Source: Synechococcus sp. | GTDB lineage: Bacteria; Cyanobacteriota; Cyanobacteriia; PCC-6307; Cyanobiaceae | Assembly (NCBI GenBank): GCA_047285305.1 | Contig: JBJBDL010000003.1 | Location: 800,001-864,000, forward strand | Direction: 5' to 3' | Length of the DNA: 64,000 nt | Part shown: piece by piece, positions 9,964-18,196 of the stretch | Layout: each line of letters opens with the position of its first letter | Position numbering within the stretch: position 1 is the first letter of the stretch | Notes under the pieces: model-generated | Databases searched by the model: none | What the model was told of the DNA's origin: nothing | Seen by the model: the letters and a program-made list of their open reading frames with translations, nothing else | Translations under genes and position numbers: made by a program

Positions 9964-10211
9964 ACTCACCTCCAATTCATTTGAGAGAGAAAATATGTTG
10001 AAAGGGACGCAAGAGGCAAGTTGGTTGTGAATGAAAATAAAGTACCTAGGTATATCTGCCTTAATTTGCCTCCGTCATGAGCAGGGATGTTGAATCTCAG
10101 GGGCGTGAAGAGAAGAATTGGTTGATTTGTTACAAGAAAATTTGATCAAAATAAAGCTTTCCCGTCTTCTTCTTTGCTGTTTTATAGCTTTGGGAGGAAA
10201 GTGAGTTTTCT

Positions 10212-10772
10212 GTGGCTCCAGCGCGAACAAAAAGGCTGACAAAGTCTGAAGTTGAATCTCTGATTCAAGGGTTACTCCAATCAGGGACGATCACCCACGA
10301 TGCATTGCTTGCGTTCGCTGAGAAGATCAATGGATCAGCATTTAAAAACCCCAAGAAACCAAAAGTAAAAGCGATGACAATGACTGCGGCCAAGAAAGCT
10401 GTGCTGGATAAATTTAACTGTAAGAGCGTCGCTGAGCTGCGCAAGAATAAGACATTTTTAATGTCCATGACGGGTGAAGATATTAGCTTCAAAACAAAAG
10501 ATGACTGGCTCAAACTTTATCGAAGGTGGGTAGGAGTTCCAGAGTCGGAAAGGGGGCTCAAGGGACCTACTTGTATTAATGGAATTGACGTTATTCAAAA
10601 CTTCAGGCCTTGGCATGTATTTGGATTAGATCCTAAAAAAGCTACCGCAGAAGATGTTAAGGCTTCGTTCAGAGATTTAGTTAAAACGCATCACCCGGAT
10701 GTTGGGGGTGACCCTAGGGTCTTTGAGCGTCTTCAGAAGATGCGTGATTCAGTACTTGCTCTCATGAATTAG
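10212..10772 (+). CDS. J-domain (DnaJ-like) protein with basic N-terminal region
   Basis: C-terminal PWHVFGL...VKASFRDLVKTHHPDVGGD..VFERLQ carries the HPD motif. Confidence 0.88.
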   Translation: MAPARTKRLTKSEVESLIQGLLQSGTITHDALLAFAEKINGSAFKNPKKPKVKAMTMTAAKKAVLDKFNCKSVAELRKNKTFLMSMTGEDISFKTKDDWLKLYRRWVGVPESERGLKGPTCINGIDVIQNFRPWHVFGLDPKKATAEDVKASFRDLVKTHHPDVGGDPRVFERLQKMRDSVLALMN

Positions 10773-10783
10773 GAGGAAGCGTT

Positions 10784-11821
10784 ATGTCCAGAGATTTACT
10801 TACTGATCGTGAAACTGCTAGAGTGCTTGGCAAGAAGATCAATACTCTTTATAAGACTGTTGATTTCTTTGATGCATACGATGATGACGAATGGGATCTC
10901 GTAGAAGGCGAGCATTTTGAGTTCGTTAATGCTTCAAGTGATTATCCCGAGAGACGCTTTTATGAAGAAGGTGTCATGGCATTGGCTGAGTACTTTGATC
11001 GCAATACTCCTGGGCTGATCAAGATTGTTACCGAGGCCCTTACTCATCGGCGTAGGCGCCTAAAGCAAATGCTTGTTTCTCGTCGTATTACACAGGAGCT
11101 TATCGAGTCAGGTTCGTTGCTTGCTGTAAGGGGTGAACTTGGATTTGTGAGTAAGAAGACCTGCACAAATATCTTGCAAACTAACGGTAGAGGCATTAAT
11201 AACTCGATTGAACGTCTTTTTCAGTCCGGGCTACTTGAAGGTGAGGAAGGACTTGAGCTTGGAAAGCATTTTCTCAAAAGCGAGGAAGGCGAAGAAATAT
11301 GGAGTCAAAAGGGTCTCGCGAGTATGGCAGTAGATATGAGTCATAATTCAAGCATCACGAAGTCTCGTAAGGCTTGGGTGGGGGCAGTAGGAGAGGTAGT
11401 AGAGGATTGTTTTAAGACCGAGATCAAGAGACTTGCTGCCGCACCGCAGAGAATTAATAATGCTATTGCGAAGGCAAAACGCGCTGCCAGGGATACCTGT
11501 CAAGTGACAGGTAAGAAGAAGGCAAGAGGCAAACTAATGACCTTGGATGGGCATCATCTATTTGATAAAGTCAATCGTCCAGACCTTGCTGATTTTCACG
11601 ACAATATTCTTGTTATTGAGTCATCAATTCATGCTGATTTCCATTCCTGGAAAGGTGGTTGTGGTTGTGAGCCCAAGGATTTTCTTAGATATAGCTCTGA
11701 AATCAGACTTGATTTGTTTGATTCAAGTAATGGTAATGCAATGAAGCGGTTTAATCGATTGACTGTGAAGCTTACGCAGTTACAAAAGAATTACGAATAT
11801 AATCACCTTCGCTATCATTGA
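10784..11821 (+). CDS. Putative HNH endonuclease with two N-terminal ORF6N-like repeats
   Basis: C-terminal CQVTG...LDGHHLF...DNILVI...HADFHSW; strong AGGAGG RBS overlapping the upstream stop codon. Confidence 0.7.
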   Translation: MSRDLLTDRETARVLGKKINTLYKTVDFFDAYDDDEWDLVEGEHFEFVNASSDYPERRFYEEGVMALAEYFDRNTPGLIKIVTEALTHRRRRLKQMLVSRRITQELIESGSLLAVRGELGFVSKKTCTNILQTNGRGINNSIERLFQSGLLEGEEGLELGKHFLKSEEGEEIWSQKGLASMAVDMSHNSSITKSRKAWVGAVGEVVEDCFKTEIKRLAAAPQRINNAIAKAKRAARDTCQVTGKKKARGKLMTLDGHHLFDKVNRPDLADFHDNILVIESSIHADFHSWKGGCGCEPKDFLRYSSEIRLDLFDSSNGNAMKRFNRLTVKLTQLQKNYEYNHLRYH

Positions 11822-11960
11822 TAACATAATAGATTCGTAGGCATAGAATGCTAATGCTGGCGTTCGGAAGTGTTAGCGCGCTCTGCGCCTACTCCCAAAT
11901 CAGTTCCTACTATTTGCTCGAGCTTGCTCAACTTTCCGGAACAGACGTTGCGACGGACTG

Positions 11961-12158
11961 ATGGCTTCAATCCTTGATGGTCTTGGTCTTGAGGGATCTG
12001 TCCTTGATGGCCTCGCTGAATGGCCCGCATCGACAACCAGAAAAGAGTGGTTGGCCATCACTCGTGGATTGATCCAGCAGACCATTGCCGAGATGGATCT
12101 GGACCCTGCCGCCCTGGCTGAAGTTGAGGAGGCGTTCATCGGAGCTGGACTCCTATGA
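11961..12158 (+). CDS. Hypothetical acidic protein
   Basis: 65-aa ORF convergent with the next ORF. Confidence 0.5.
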   Translation: MASILDGLGLEGSVLDGLAEWPASTTRKEWLAITRGLIQQTIAEMDLDPAALAEVEEAFIGAGLL

Positions 12159-12160
12159 AC

Positions 12161-12499
12161 TCACTCGTACCAGCTACAGAAATCTCGAACAGCGCCGTAC
12201 TCCTTATCGCTCACGCCAATATGTGCAGCGATTTTCCTTTCCTGGGCAACCCGCAGGTGTGCCAGCGTCCGAAACATGTACGCCCTTCGGCGAGCGCACA
12301 TTTCGCTGTTCTGTGCATCCCTTGCAATCGAGCCACCAACACCCATCACAGCCAGAGCCAACATCAACGTGTAGATCGGTTGCAGGTAGCCGTTGGGTGG
12401 ATGCAGAAGATCAGCCGCGAAGCCTCTTGCTTCTTTGAACGCTCTCGGACTTTTGTTGAGCACCAGGTCCCGCATCCTTTCGCCCAGGTCAGTCATCAC
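12161..12499 (-). CDS. Hypothetical membrane protein
   Basis: One hydrophobic segment; divergent from the 12529 ORF. Confidence 0.5.
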   Translation of the reverse strand: MMTDLGERMRDLVLNKSPRAFKEARGFAADLLHPPNGYLQPIYTLMLALAVMGVGGSIARDAQNSEMCARRRAYMFRTLAHLRVAQERKIAAHIGVSDKEYGAVRDFCSWYE

Positions 12500-12528
12500 C
12501 AGTCCTCTGTTGTCACTTAGGGGTAGCC

Positions 12529-12909
12529 ATGACCCGCAAGAGAGTCACCGCCAGCGAGAAGAAAACACGCCATGAATGGGCGGTGCGGCAGATAGACGCC
12601 GGAATGGGTCTCAGCGAATTAACCGCCTTTACCGCCGAAACATGGGGGTGCAGCCGCAGGAACGCCCGTGATGTCGTCTGTGCGGCCCACAAGGACTGGC
12701 TGGATGCTGCCTACGGATCAGAGGAGATCGACCAGCGGGACTTGCTTTTCCAGCAGGTGGGACGACTCGAGCGCATCGCCCGCAAGGCAGAAAATGCAGG
12801 TCAGTTTTCAGCGGCAGTCGGTGCCATTACGGCGCTGAATCGAATGATGGCCCTGGGAGCTGACCAGAAGGGTTTTCGAGGACACTCAAACCACCACTAC
12901 CGGCGCTAA
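12529..12909 (+). CDS. Helical phage/satellite-like hypothetical protein
   Basis: HTH-like N-terminus (WGCSRRNARD) and helical C-terminus AENAGQFSAAVGAI. Confidence 0.6.
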   Translation: MTRKRVTASEKKTRHEWAVRQIDAGMGLSELTAFTAETWGCSRRNARDVVCAAHKDWLDAAYGSEEIDQRDLLFQQVGRLERIARKAENAGQFSAAVGAITALNRMMALGADQKGFRGHSNHHYRR

Positions 12910-12935
12910 GAAAGGATCAGCACAACTGTCCTTAT

Positions 12936-13210
12936 GGCTACTTAGAAGCGTCCATATCGGTTGAAGTAGCGGTGTGTCCTCTTGCGGTAGATGCGCTTAA
13001 AGCTGCCACCGCTCTTGCCACGAACGATTGGAAGGATGGGCTTCTGTGTCCACCAATCCAGTGCCTGACGCCCGGAAATAAATCCCCAGAGTCCTCTAAA
13101 GGGTTTCCACAAAGCCCCGGCACAAAATGCCAGAAGGGCAATGAGCAGAAGAAAGCCGATTACGTCCAAGAACATGGAACGTCTTTTAGCTCAACGAGCC
13201 AATCATGCCG
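12936..13210. repeat. Dispersed direct repeat of about 270 bp, copy 1 (copy 2 at 19091-19359)
   Basis: Colinear similarity from ggctacttagaagcgtccata to ccaatcatgccg. Confidence 0.9.
12942..13175 (-). CDS. Small membrane protein with basic tail (paralog 1)
   Basis: Close paralog at 19097-19324 with both reading frames intact. Confidence 0.75.
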   Translation of the reverse strand: MFLDVIGFLLLIALLAFCAGALWKPFRGLWGFISGRQALDWWTQKPILPIVRGKSGGSFKRIYRKRTHRYFNRYGRF

Positions 13211-13328
13211 CCACCATCGCGAGGGCTTCAAGCGGGACTTTTTAGAAATGAATTTAATCAATTTGAATACGTTTGTTCTTACTCGTAGCGTCATTAGGGC
13301 TTTTGCTCATATAGTAGTCTGACATTCC

Positions 13329-14141
13329 TTGACAATTCAATTAGAAATGGATATAAATCAGGGAAATAAAAGAATTAAAGAGCTCTTTGGCGAGGGTCTT
13401 TCGACGCGAGACTTATTGGTTATTGCGGCACACTATCGTCAGATAGAGCTGCAAAAAGCGTTAATTGGCAGATATGAAAACAAGATATTAGATGGCCTTT
13501 TTAAGGGTTGCATACATATTGGTCGGGCCTATGGATCTGCGCTGTGCCCTAAGATCCTTGGAACGTACGAAAAAGAGATATCACAAGACCTTTGCGAATT
13601 GGCTGCTGGTAAAGATTGTTTTCTAGATATTGGCTGTGCAGAAGGGTATTACACGACTGGGATAGGTGTTGCAACAGACATACCGCTGGTGCTGGGGGTT
13701 GATGTCAGTGAAAAAGCCCTTACTCTGGCTCAAAAGTCTTCAGAAGCAAATGGTATTTCTAGCAAGTCTAAGTTCTTTCTTAATCTCGCCGAAGCTGCTT
13801 CTCTGGTCAAAGGAAGATCGCTTGTAATGATCGACGTTGATGGCAGCGAAATACAGGTTATTGACGAATTATTTTCTTCTCTCAGTGTGGCTCAGTCTCT
13901 ATTGTTGGAATTGATTATTGAGACTGATTTTAGGGAGGATGGAAGTAGCAATGCTCCTGACATTGAGAGTGCGCTTCTAAATAGGGGGTTTGTGGTATCG
14001 AAGGTCATCAATCAGTCAGTCTCGAATAGATTTTCTCCGGTCTCTGAGGCTTTGACGACAAGTTTATTGGATCTGATGGCTTTTGGCATGGAAGGCAGGC
14101 CTTTGAACCAGAGCTGGATTATTGCCAAGCCTTCGAATTGA
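13329..14141 (+). CDS. Class I SAM-dependent methyltransferase (FkbM-like)
   Basis: LGTYEKE, FLDIGCAEGYY and MIDVDGSE motifs; AT-rich. Confidence 0.8.
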   Translation: MTIQLEMDINQGNKRIKELFGEGLSTRDLLVIAAHYRQIELQKALIGRYENKILDGLFKGCIHIGRAYGSALCPKILGTYEKEISQDLCELAAGKDCFLDIGCAEGYYTTGIGVATDIPLVLGVDVSEKALTLAQKSSEANGISSKSKFFLNLAEAASLVKGRSLVMIDVDGSEIQVIDELFSSLSVAQSLLLELIIETDFREDGSSNAPDIESALLNRGFVVSKVINQSVSNRFSPVSEALTTSLLDLMAFGMEGRPLNQSWIIAKPSN

Positions 14142-14282
14142 TTCATAAGCATCATTTGTCTCGTAACGTAATAGATTTCCCTGGGCTAATTATATCTTCC
14201 CAGCCAATCTGATTCTTCAGGGTTGAGAGGGTGTGGACTATCGGTAAGTTCAACAATTGAGCTGAGCTGTTTCTTGTTGCCG

Positions 14283-14357
14283 CTGTCGTTGGTGTCCGAC
14301 GTGTCCGAAGCGTCGGCAGTGACCGGACACCACAGACACCTCGGACAGTCCGGACAG
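14283..14357. repeat. Inverted iteron-like array (4 + 4 units, 9-bp period)
   Basis: GTC cores at 14285/14294/14303/14312 face GAC cores at 14326/14335/14344/14353. Confidence 0.8.
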
Positions 14358-14411
14358 GGCGGTTATTCGGTGGGCTTAAACGCGACAGTGCCCTGCTTGT
14401 GGTGAGTACTG

Positions 14412-14438
14412 GCCCGGGGCTTGGACGCCCCGGGCTTT
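14412..14438 (+). terminator. GC-rich hairpin, possible terminator
   Basis: gcccggggc-ttggac-gccccgggc-ttt. Confidence 0.55.
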
Positions 14439-14527
14439 CCTTCCTCGATATTGATTGGACTTTTTCTCTCAGAATCGACGCTGTACCGGTTGCGATTGTC
14501 TTCTGAGTGGGCTTGAGGCTTGTGGAG

Positions 14528-14914
14528 TTAGATGACCCGACAGTTATTCATGTTTAAGAACATGCCCCAGGGTGCCCAGTCAATTTCAAGGGTTCCACGG
14601 ACTTTCACCCTGCTGTCTTCTCGAAGAGCAAGGATTTTGTCCAGATCTTGACTGCTGTATCTGCAGAACAAGCGTCCAAATTCACTGTCACCCTCGATTA
14701 TTATGTGTTCATTGTCGACTTTGTCTACTCTCCCAAAGACAAGTGCATTTTTATTGTGGTAGATCTTTTTTGCGGCTAATTCATTTTCGCTGTAAAGCTT
14801 ATGAATTGCATTGACGTTATACACCGTTATCTCGGCAAGTGCTTTTGGGGCAAAAAATCCTGTTCCAAGTGCCAAGAGAATGCCGATTTTTTCAACGAGT
14901 TTGACTGGTTTCAT
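14528..14914 (-). CDS. Exported OB-fold (tRNA_anti-like) protein
   Basis: Signal peptide ending ALA; Y.ENELAA...Y.NK...V.G.V pattern and C-terminal NCRVI. Confidence 0.7.
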   Translation of the reverse strand: MKPVKLVEKIGILLALGTGFFAPKALAEITVYNVNAIHKLYSENELAAKKIYHNKNALVFGRVDKVDNEHIIIEGDSEFGRLFCRYSSQDLDKILALREDSRVKVRGTLEIDWAPWGMFLNMNNCRVI

Positions 14915-15081
14915 TCGCTATCAGTTGTATAGGCGATTAATAGCACCGATTCTTGCTTGAGCCTCTGTACTCGATGGAAGGGCTGCTACTGGGTCCTTAT
15001 TGAATCAATTCCTGTGGGTCATCCGAAGGCGCATTGTTTGCCTAGGCAGCGCAATTTTTTGAAAGCACACCTTGTTTTGCG

Positions 15082-15450
15082 ATGGCGATCGTCAACCTGC
15101 GTCAAGCCAGTGCCCATTTGGGCTTTAGGACAACAACAACGCTCAGGAGGCTGCTGCAAGCAGGCGAATTAAGTGCGTATCTGCGCTCAGGACCCGATTT
15201 AAGGGCGACATATCTAAATGTGGCTCCGAAGGGTCGGCCAACGCTGCGGCAACACGTTCAGGCCCATACGGAGTGCCGTGGAAACTCCCCGCTATGGGGT
15301 GCGGACTATGAGAACTGGCCGAAGGGCAGTCGGAATTGGACTGATGTCGCCAACGGCTATCTGGACCTGCCGCAATGGAGGCCACCACCGTGGACAGAGC
15401 TGCAGTGGGTGACGCTGCGGAACGTGATTGAGCTGGCTGAGGACAGCTAA
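15082..15450 (+). CDS. HTH/excisionase-like protein
   Basis: N-terminal VNLRQASAHLGFRTTTTLRRLLQAGEL is MerR/Xis-like. Confidence 0.6.
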   Translation: MAIVNLRQASAHLGFRTTTTLRRLLQAGELSAYLRSGPDLRATYLNVAPKGRPTLRQHVQAHTECRGNSPLWGADYENWPKGSRNWTDVANGYLDLPQWRPPPWTELQWVTLRNVIELAEDS

Positions 15451-15905
15451 CGCTTGGGCTTTTGGCAGTCGTAATCAAAGGCAAGCTCTTGTTCTTCTCC
15501 TTTCCATCCCGCGGCCACGGTGGGATAGCTGCTCACACTTTTCTTGAGCCCAAATTCTTTAAACGTCAATTCGCCTGTGCTGCGATTTATGTGGATCTCG
15601 TTTCTCACCCAATCGGTAGAGGAGCCGTCCTCATTGGTGAATTGAAACCATTCATCGCCGAGGACAATTCTTTTTGGTGTCACTTTCAGTACGTCATATT
15701 CACCCTCCTCTTCTTTCCCGTCCTGTACAAATTCGTTGACCGCTACATCCAGTTTCGGGTCAATTATCCATGTTTCATCTCCCGATTTTTCGCCCCTGGT
15801 CCAAGTGCAGGTGATTTGAAATGGCTCCTCTGTCGTTAGGTCTATCGCTTGTTGGCCACTGCATGCAGCAAGAAACAAAGGCGTAAGCAGCAGTAGCCGT
15901 TTCAT
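15447..15905 (-). CDS. Putative lipoprotein
   Basis: MKRLLLLTPLFLAAC lipobox. Confidence 0.8.
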   Translation of the reverse strand: MKRLLLLTPLFLAACSGQQAIDLTTEEPFQITCTWTRGEKSGDETWIIDPKLDVAVNEFVQDGKEEEGEYDVLKVTPKRIVLGDEWFQFTNEDGSSTDWVRNEIHINRSTGELTFKEFGLKKSVSSYPTVAAGWKGEEQELAFDYDCQKPKR

Positions 15906-15950
15906 CGCACAAGGCTCGGTATGCCACCCAGTCTGGCTAGTACTTCAGGC

Positions 15951-16223
15951 ATGCCCAACAAGGACCGCAGCTTTCACGAGGCGCCAGAAAAGGCTGGTGG
16001 TGAAGGGTGGCTGTATTCCGAGCAGCAGCAGAAGCTCTGTCACTTCAAGCCCGACACGGCGACAGTGCACGCGCAGTGGGTAGCCATCAGGACCTACAGC
16101 TACGTTCCGCCTCGCCCGCCTGAGCCAATGACTCGGCGGTGGATGCTGCGGCACAACGCGATTGAGGCTTGGCAGACGATGCAGAAGACGGGCTGGAGAC
16201 GCTGCCCCCCGCCTGTCAGATGA
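15951..16223 (+). CDS. DUF1651-like protein (only full-length copy in the window)
   Basis: GWL...CHFKPD...AIEAWQTMQKTGWRRCPP pattern typical of the picocyanobacterial DUF1651 family. Confidence 0.75.
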   Translation: MPNKDRSFHEAPEKAGGEGWLYSEQQQKLCHFKPDTATVHAQWVAIRTYSYVPPRPPEPMTRRWMLRHNAIEAWQTMQKTGWRRCPPPVR

Positions 16224-16286
16224 AGTTCAACTGGATGCACTGGTTGTTTGTTCGACCTAATAAGAGGGGAGTTGATCGAGGAATCC

Positions 16287-16445
16287 ATGCCAATCGCAAA
16301 TCAGCAATGCGCGTGTGAGCCCTGCGGCTGCGTTGTTTCCCCTCAAAAAGCCGTCGAGAAAGAAGGAAAAATTTATTGCTCCCAGTCATGTGCTGATGGT
16401 CATGCCGGTGATGACAAATGTTGCTCTAGTTGTGATTGCTGCTGA
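16287..16445 (+). CDS. smtA: Bacterial metallothionein (SmtA/BmtA family)
   Basis: CACEPCGC...YCSQSCADGH...CCSSCDCC; GAGGA RBS. Confidence 0.9.
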   Translation: MPIANQQCACEPCGCVVSPQKAVEKEGKIYCSQSCADGHAGDDKCCSSCDCC

Positions 16446-16640
16446 TTAGTCGCAGCAGCCGCCTTGTTGCAGGGGGACCACTGTTACCCCGCTAACGACA
16501 TTTGAATCCATAAGAACCCTTACCTGTACGCCGCCACTGGGGTCTTCAGCTAGTTCTACGGCGAGCCCAACCAGCTCGTCTCCGTTGGCTTTGGTGTAGT
16601 TCAGAAGCTCAACGCGTTGAAGTTCTTTTGGAGTGGACAC
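16446..16640 (-). CDS. Hypothetical protein ending GGCCD
   Basis: 64-aa ORF abutting the metallothionein stop. Confidence 0.55.
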   Translation of the reverse strand: MSTPKELQRVELLNYTKANGDELVGLAVELAEDPSGGVQVRVLMDSNVVSGVTVVPLQQGGCCD

Positions 16641-16669
16641 AGGCGGTAAGGCGGTCTTGAGGGCTTTTT

Positions 16670-17068
16670 AACGCTGAACTGACTCCCCGACCGGAAAGAA
16701 AGGGAGTCAGCTTCTGATCAGCGCCCAATGGCATTGCCTAACCATTGGGTGGAAGTGCCCAGCAAAGGAACCTCCGAAGAAACCATCGCCTCTGCCAGGC
16801 ATTCAGTGCAGTTCCAATGAGGCGACAGCAGCGACCAAATGAGTCGATGAAAGGTTTCGGAAACTGAAAACGCTGAACTGACTCCCCCCGTTCAGAAGAG
16901 GAGTCAGGCCGTTGCTTGCTGTGTCGGCGTGAAACGAACGCTGACACTCAGCGCCCAATGGTTCCTACAAAAACCATGGGATGGAGGTCTTGGGGACTCC
17001 GAAGACAACATTGCCCCTTTCGTGGGCTGTGCTCCTTTCAGATGAGGTGATGGCAGCGACCAAATGAG
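16670..17068. repeat. Two degenerate tandem units of about 180-200 bp with conserved hairpins (16670-16843; 16869-17068)
   Basis: Shared ordered blocks aacgctgaactgactcccc, ggagtcag, tcagcgcccaatgg, ctccgaaga, gcagcgaccaaatgag. Confidence 0.85.
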
Positions 17069-17204
17069 CAGCAACTACTGCTGCATTTGCTGCATCTGCT
17101 GCTGACGTAGGCGATCCCGCTCAGCGACCTCTTTCTGCTTTTGCTCAACCCACGCCTTGATCGCGGCTTTGTCCTCTGGGCTGTGTGGAACGCGGTTGCG
17201 TCTG

Positions 17205-17325
17205 CGTTCCGCCCCGCCCCCCTGAGCCGATGACTCGGCGACGGTTGCTGCGGCACAACGCGATTGAGGCTTGGCAGACGATGCGGAAGACGGGCTGGAG
17301 GCGTTGCCCCCCGCCTGTGCGCTGA
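17205..17325 (+). pseudogene. DUF1651-like 3' half
   Basis: High identity to 16103-16223; no 5' part in place. Confidence 0.85.
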
Positions 17326-17490
17326 GGACCAATCATTTTCGTTATGACAGACGGACCCAGCAGTTGCCGCTGACATGGGTCCGCGTCCCGGCCGGAGCCC
17401 TCCAGAACGGGACTTGCCTCAATTACGCCAGTGACACCAGTCGATTCAGAGTGAATCGATACCAACCTCGGCTTTTTGTTACCAAGAGAA

Positions 17491-17528
17491 AAAACGGCTG
17501 GAGACGCTGCCCACTGCCAGTGAGGTGA
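17491..17528 (+). pseudogene. DUF1651-like extreme 3' fragment
   Basis: ggctggagacgctgccc...; translates to GWRRCPLPVR-stop. Confidence 0.7.
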
Positions 17529-17529
17529 C

Positions 17530-17871
17530 TCAGAACTTTCTTGGGTATGGAGGGTTACCTGCCATCTCAACGTTGATCTCCCTGCAGATGTTCATCCATG
17601 CCCCCAATCCGAAGTTCACGCCATTGGGGCCGTCAATGAATTCCTGGAATTCCTCTGCCGTGATTCCCTCGCGGACTTCCCAGATGCAAAAGGCAGGGCC
17701 TTCTGGGCCAATGGGACAGAACGAATGGTTGTAGAAGCCCGCTTCTAGGTTTTTGGCTACCGCCTCATCCCAGCCACCACCTGGAGCCATGGCTGCTTGT
17801 GCCGTCTCCCACCACTGCTGAGCTTTGCCTGCGCGGAACTCGTGATGAACGTGGAAGAACGTGGATGCCAT
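17530..17871 (-). CDS. Hypothetical protein (113 aa)
   Basis: Protein-like composition from MASTFFHVHHEF; the upstream ORF extension looks spurious. Confidence 0.75.
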   Translation of the reverse strand: MASTFFHVHHEFRAGKAQQWWETAQAAMAPGGGWDEAVAKNLEAGFYNHSFCPIGPEGPAFCIWEVREGITAEEFQEFIDGPNGVNFGLGAWMNICREINVEMAGNPPYPRKF

Positions 17872-18196
17872 GGAGATGTCGCCTTTCGGCACATCTTGGG
17901 TTGAGGACTCAGCCTTCGTTGTCGCTTGCAGCACCTTGGAACAACTGACTACTGCTGTTGCTGCATCTGCTGGTGACTCGGCGACTTCGGCCGCTTGGAC
18001 TGATGCACTATCGCGTTCATATGGCTTGAAGTAGGGCCCCGCCCCTATTTCCACGCAGGGGGATCTAGTCAGCCGTCGAGCAGATCCCCCGAGCCAAGAA
18101 CGCCGTTTACCTCGGCATCTCGTCTCACTCACACCACTAGCCACGCAAAGCAATGAGCAGCAACTGGGTCACCTCATATATGAACGGCAGCAACCG

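Noticed and set aside
16817..17044. Selenocysteine recoding at the TGA shared by both tandem repeat units
   Set aside because: No conserved start or redox motif and no recognisable SECIS; unsupported
14283..17068. CRISPR array in the island repeats
   Set aside because: No identical repeats separated by unique spacers of regular length, and no cas genes
17872..18153. 94-aa N-terminal extension of the 17530 ORF
   Set aside because: Low-complexity and spans a hairpin and a separate small ORF; ATG 17871 fits better
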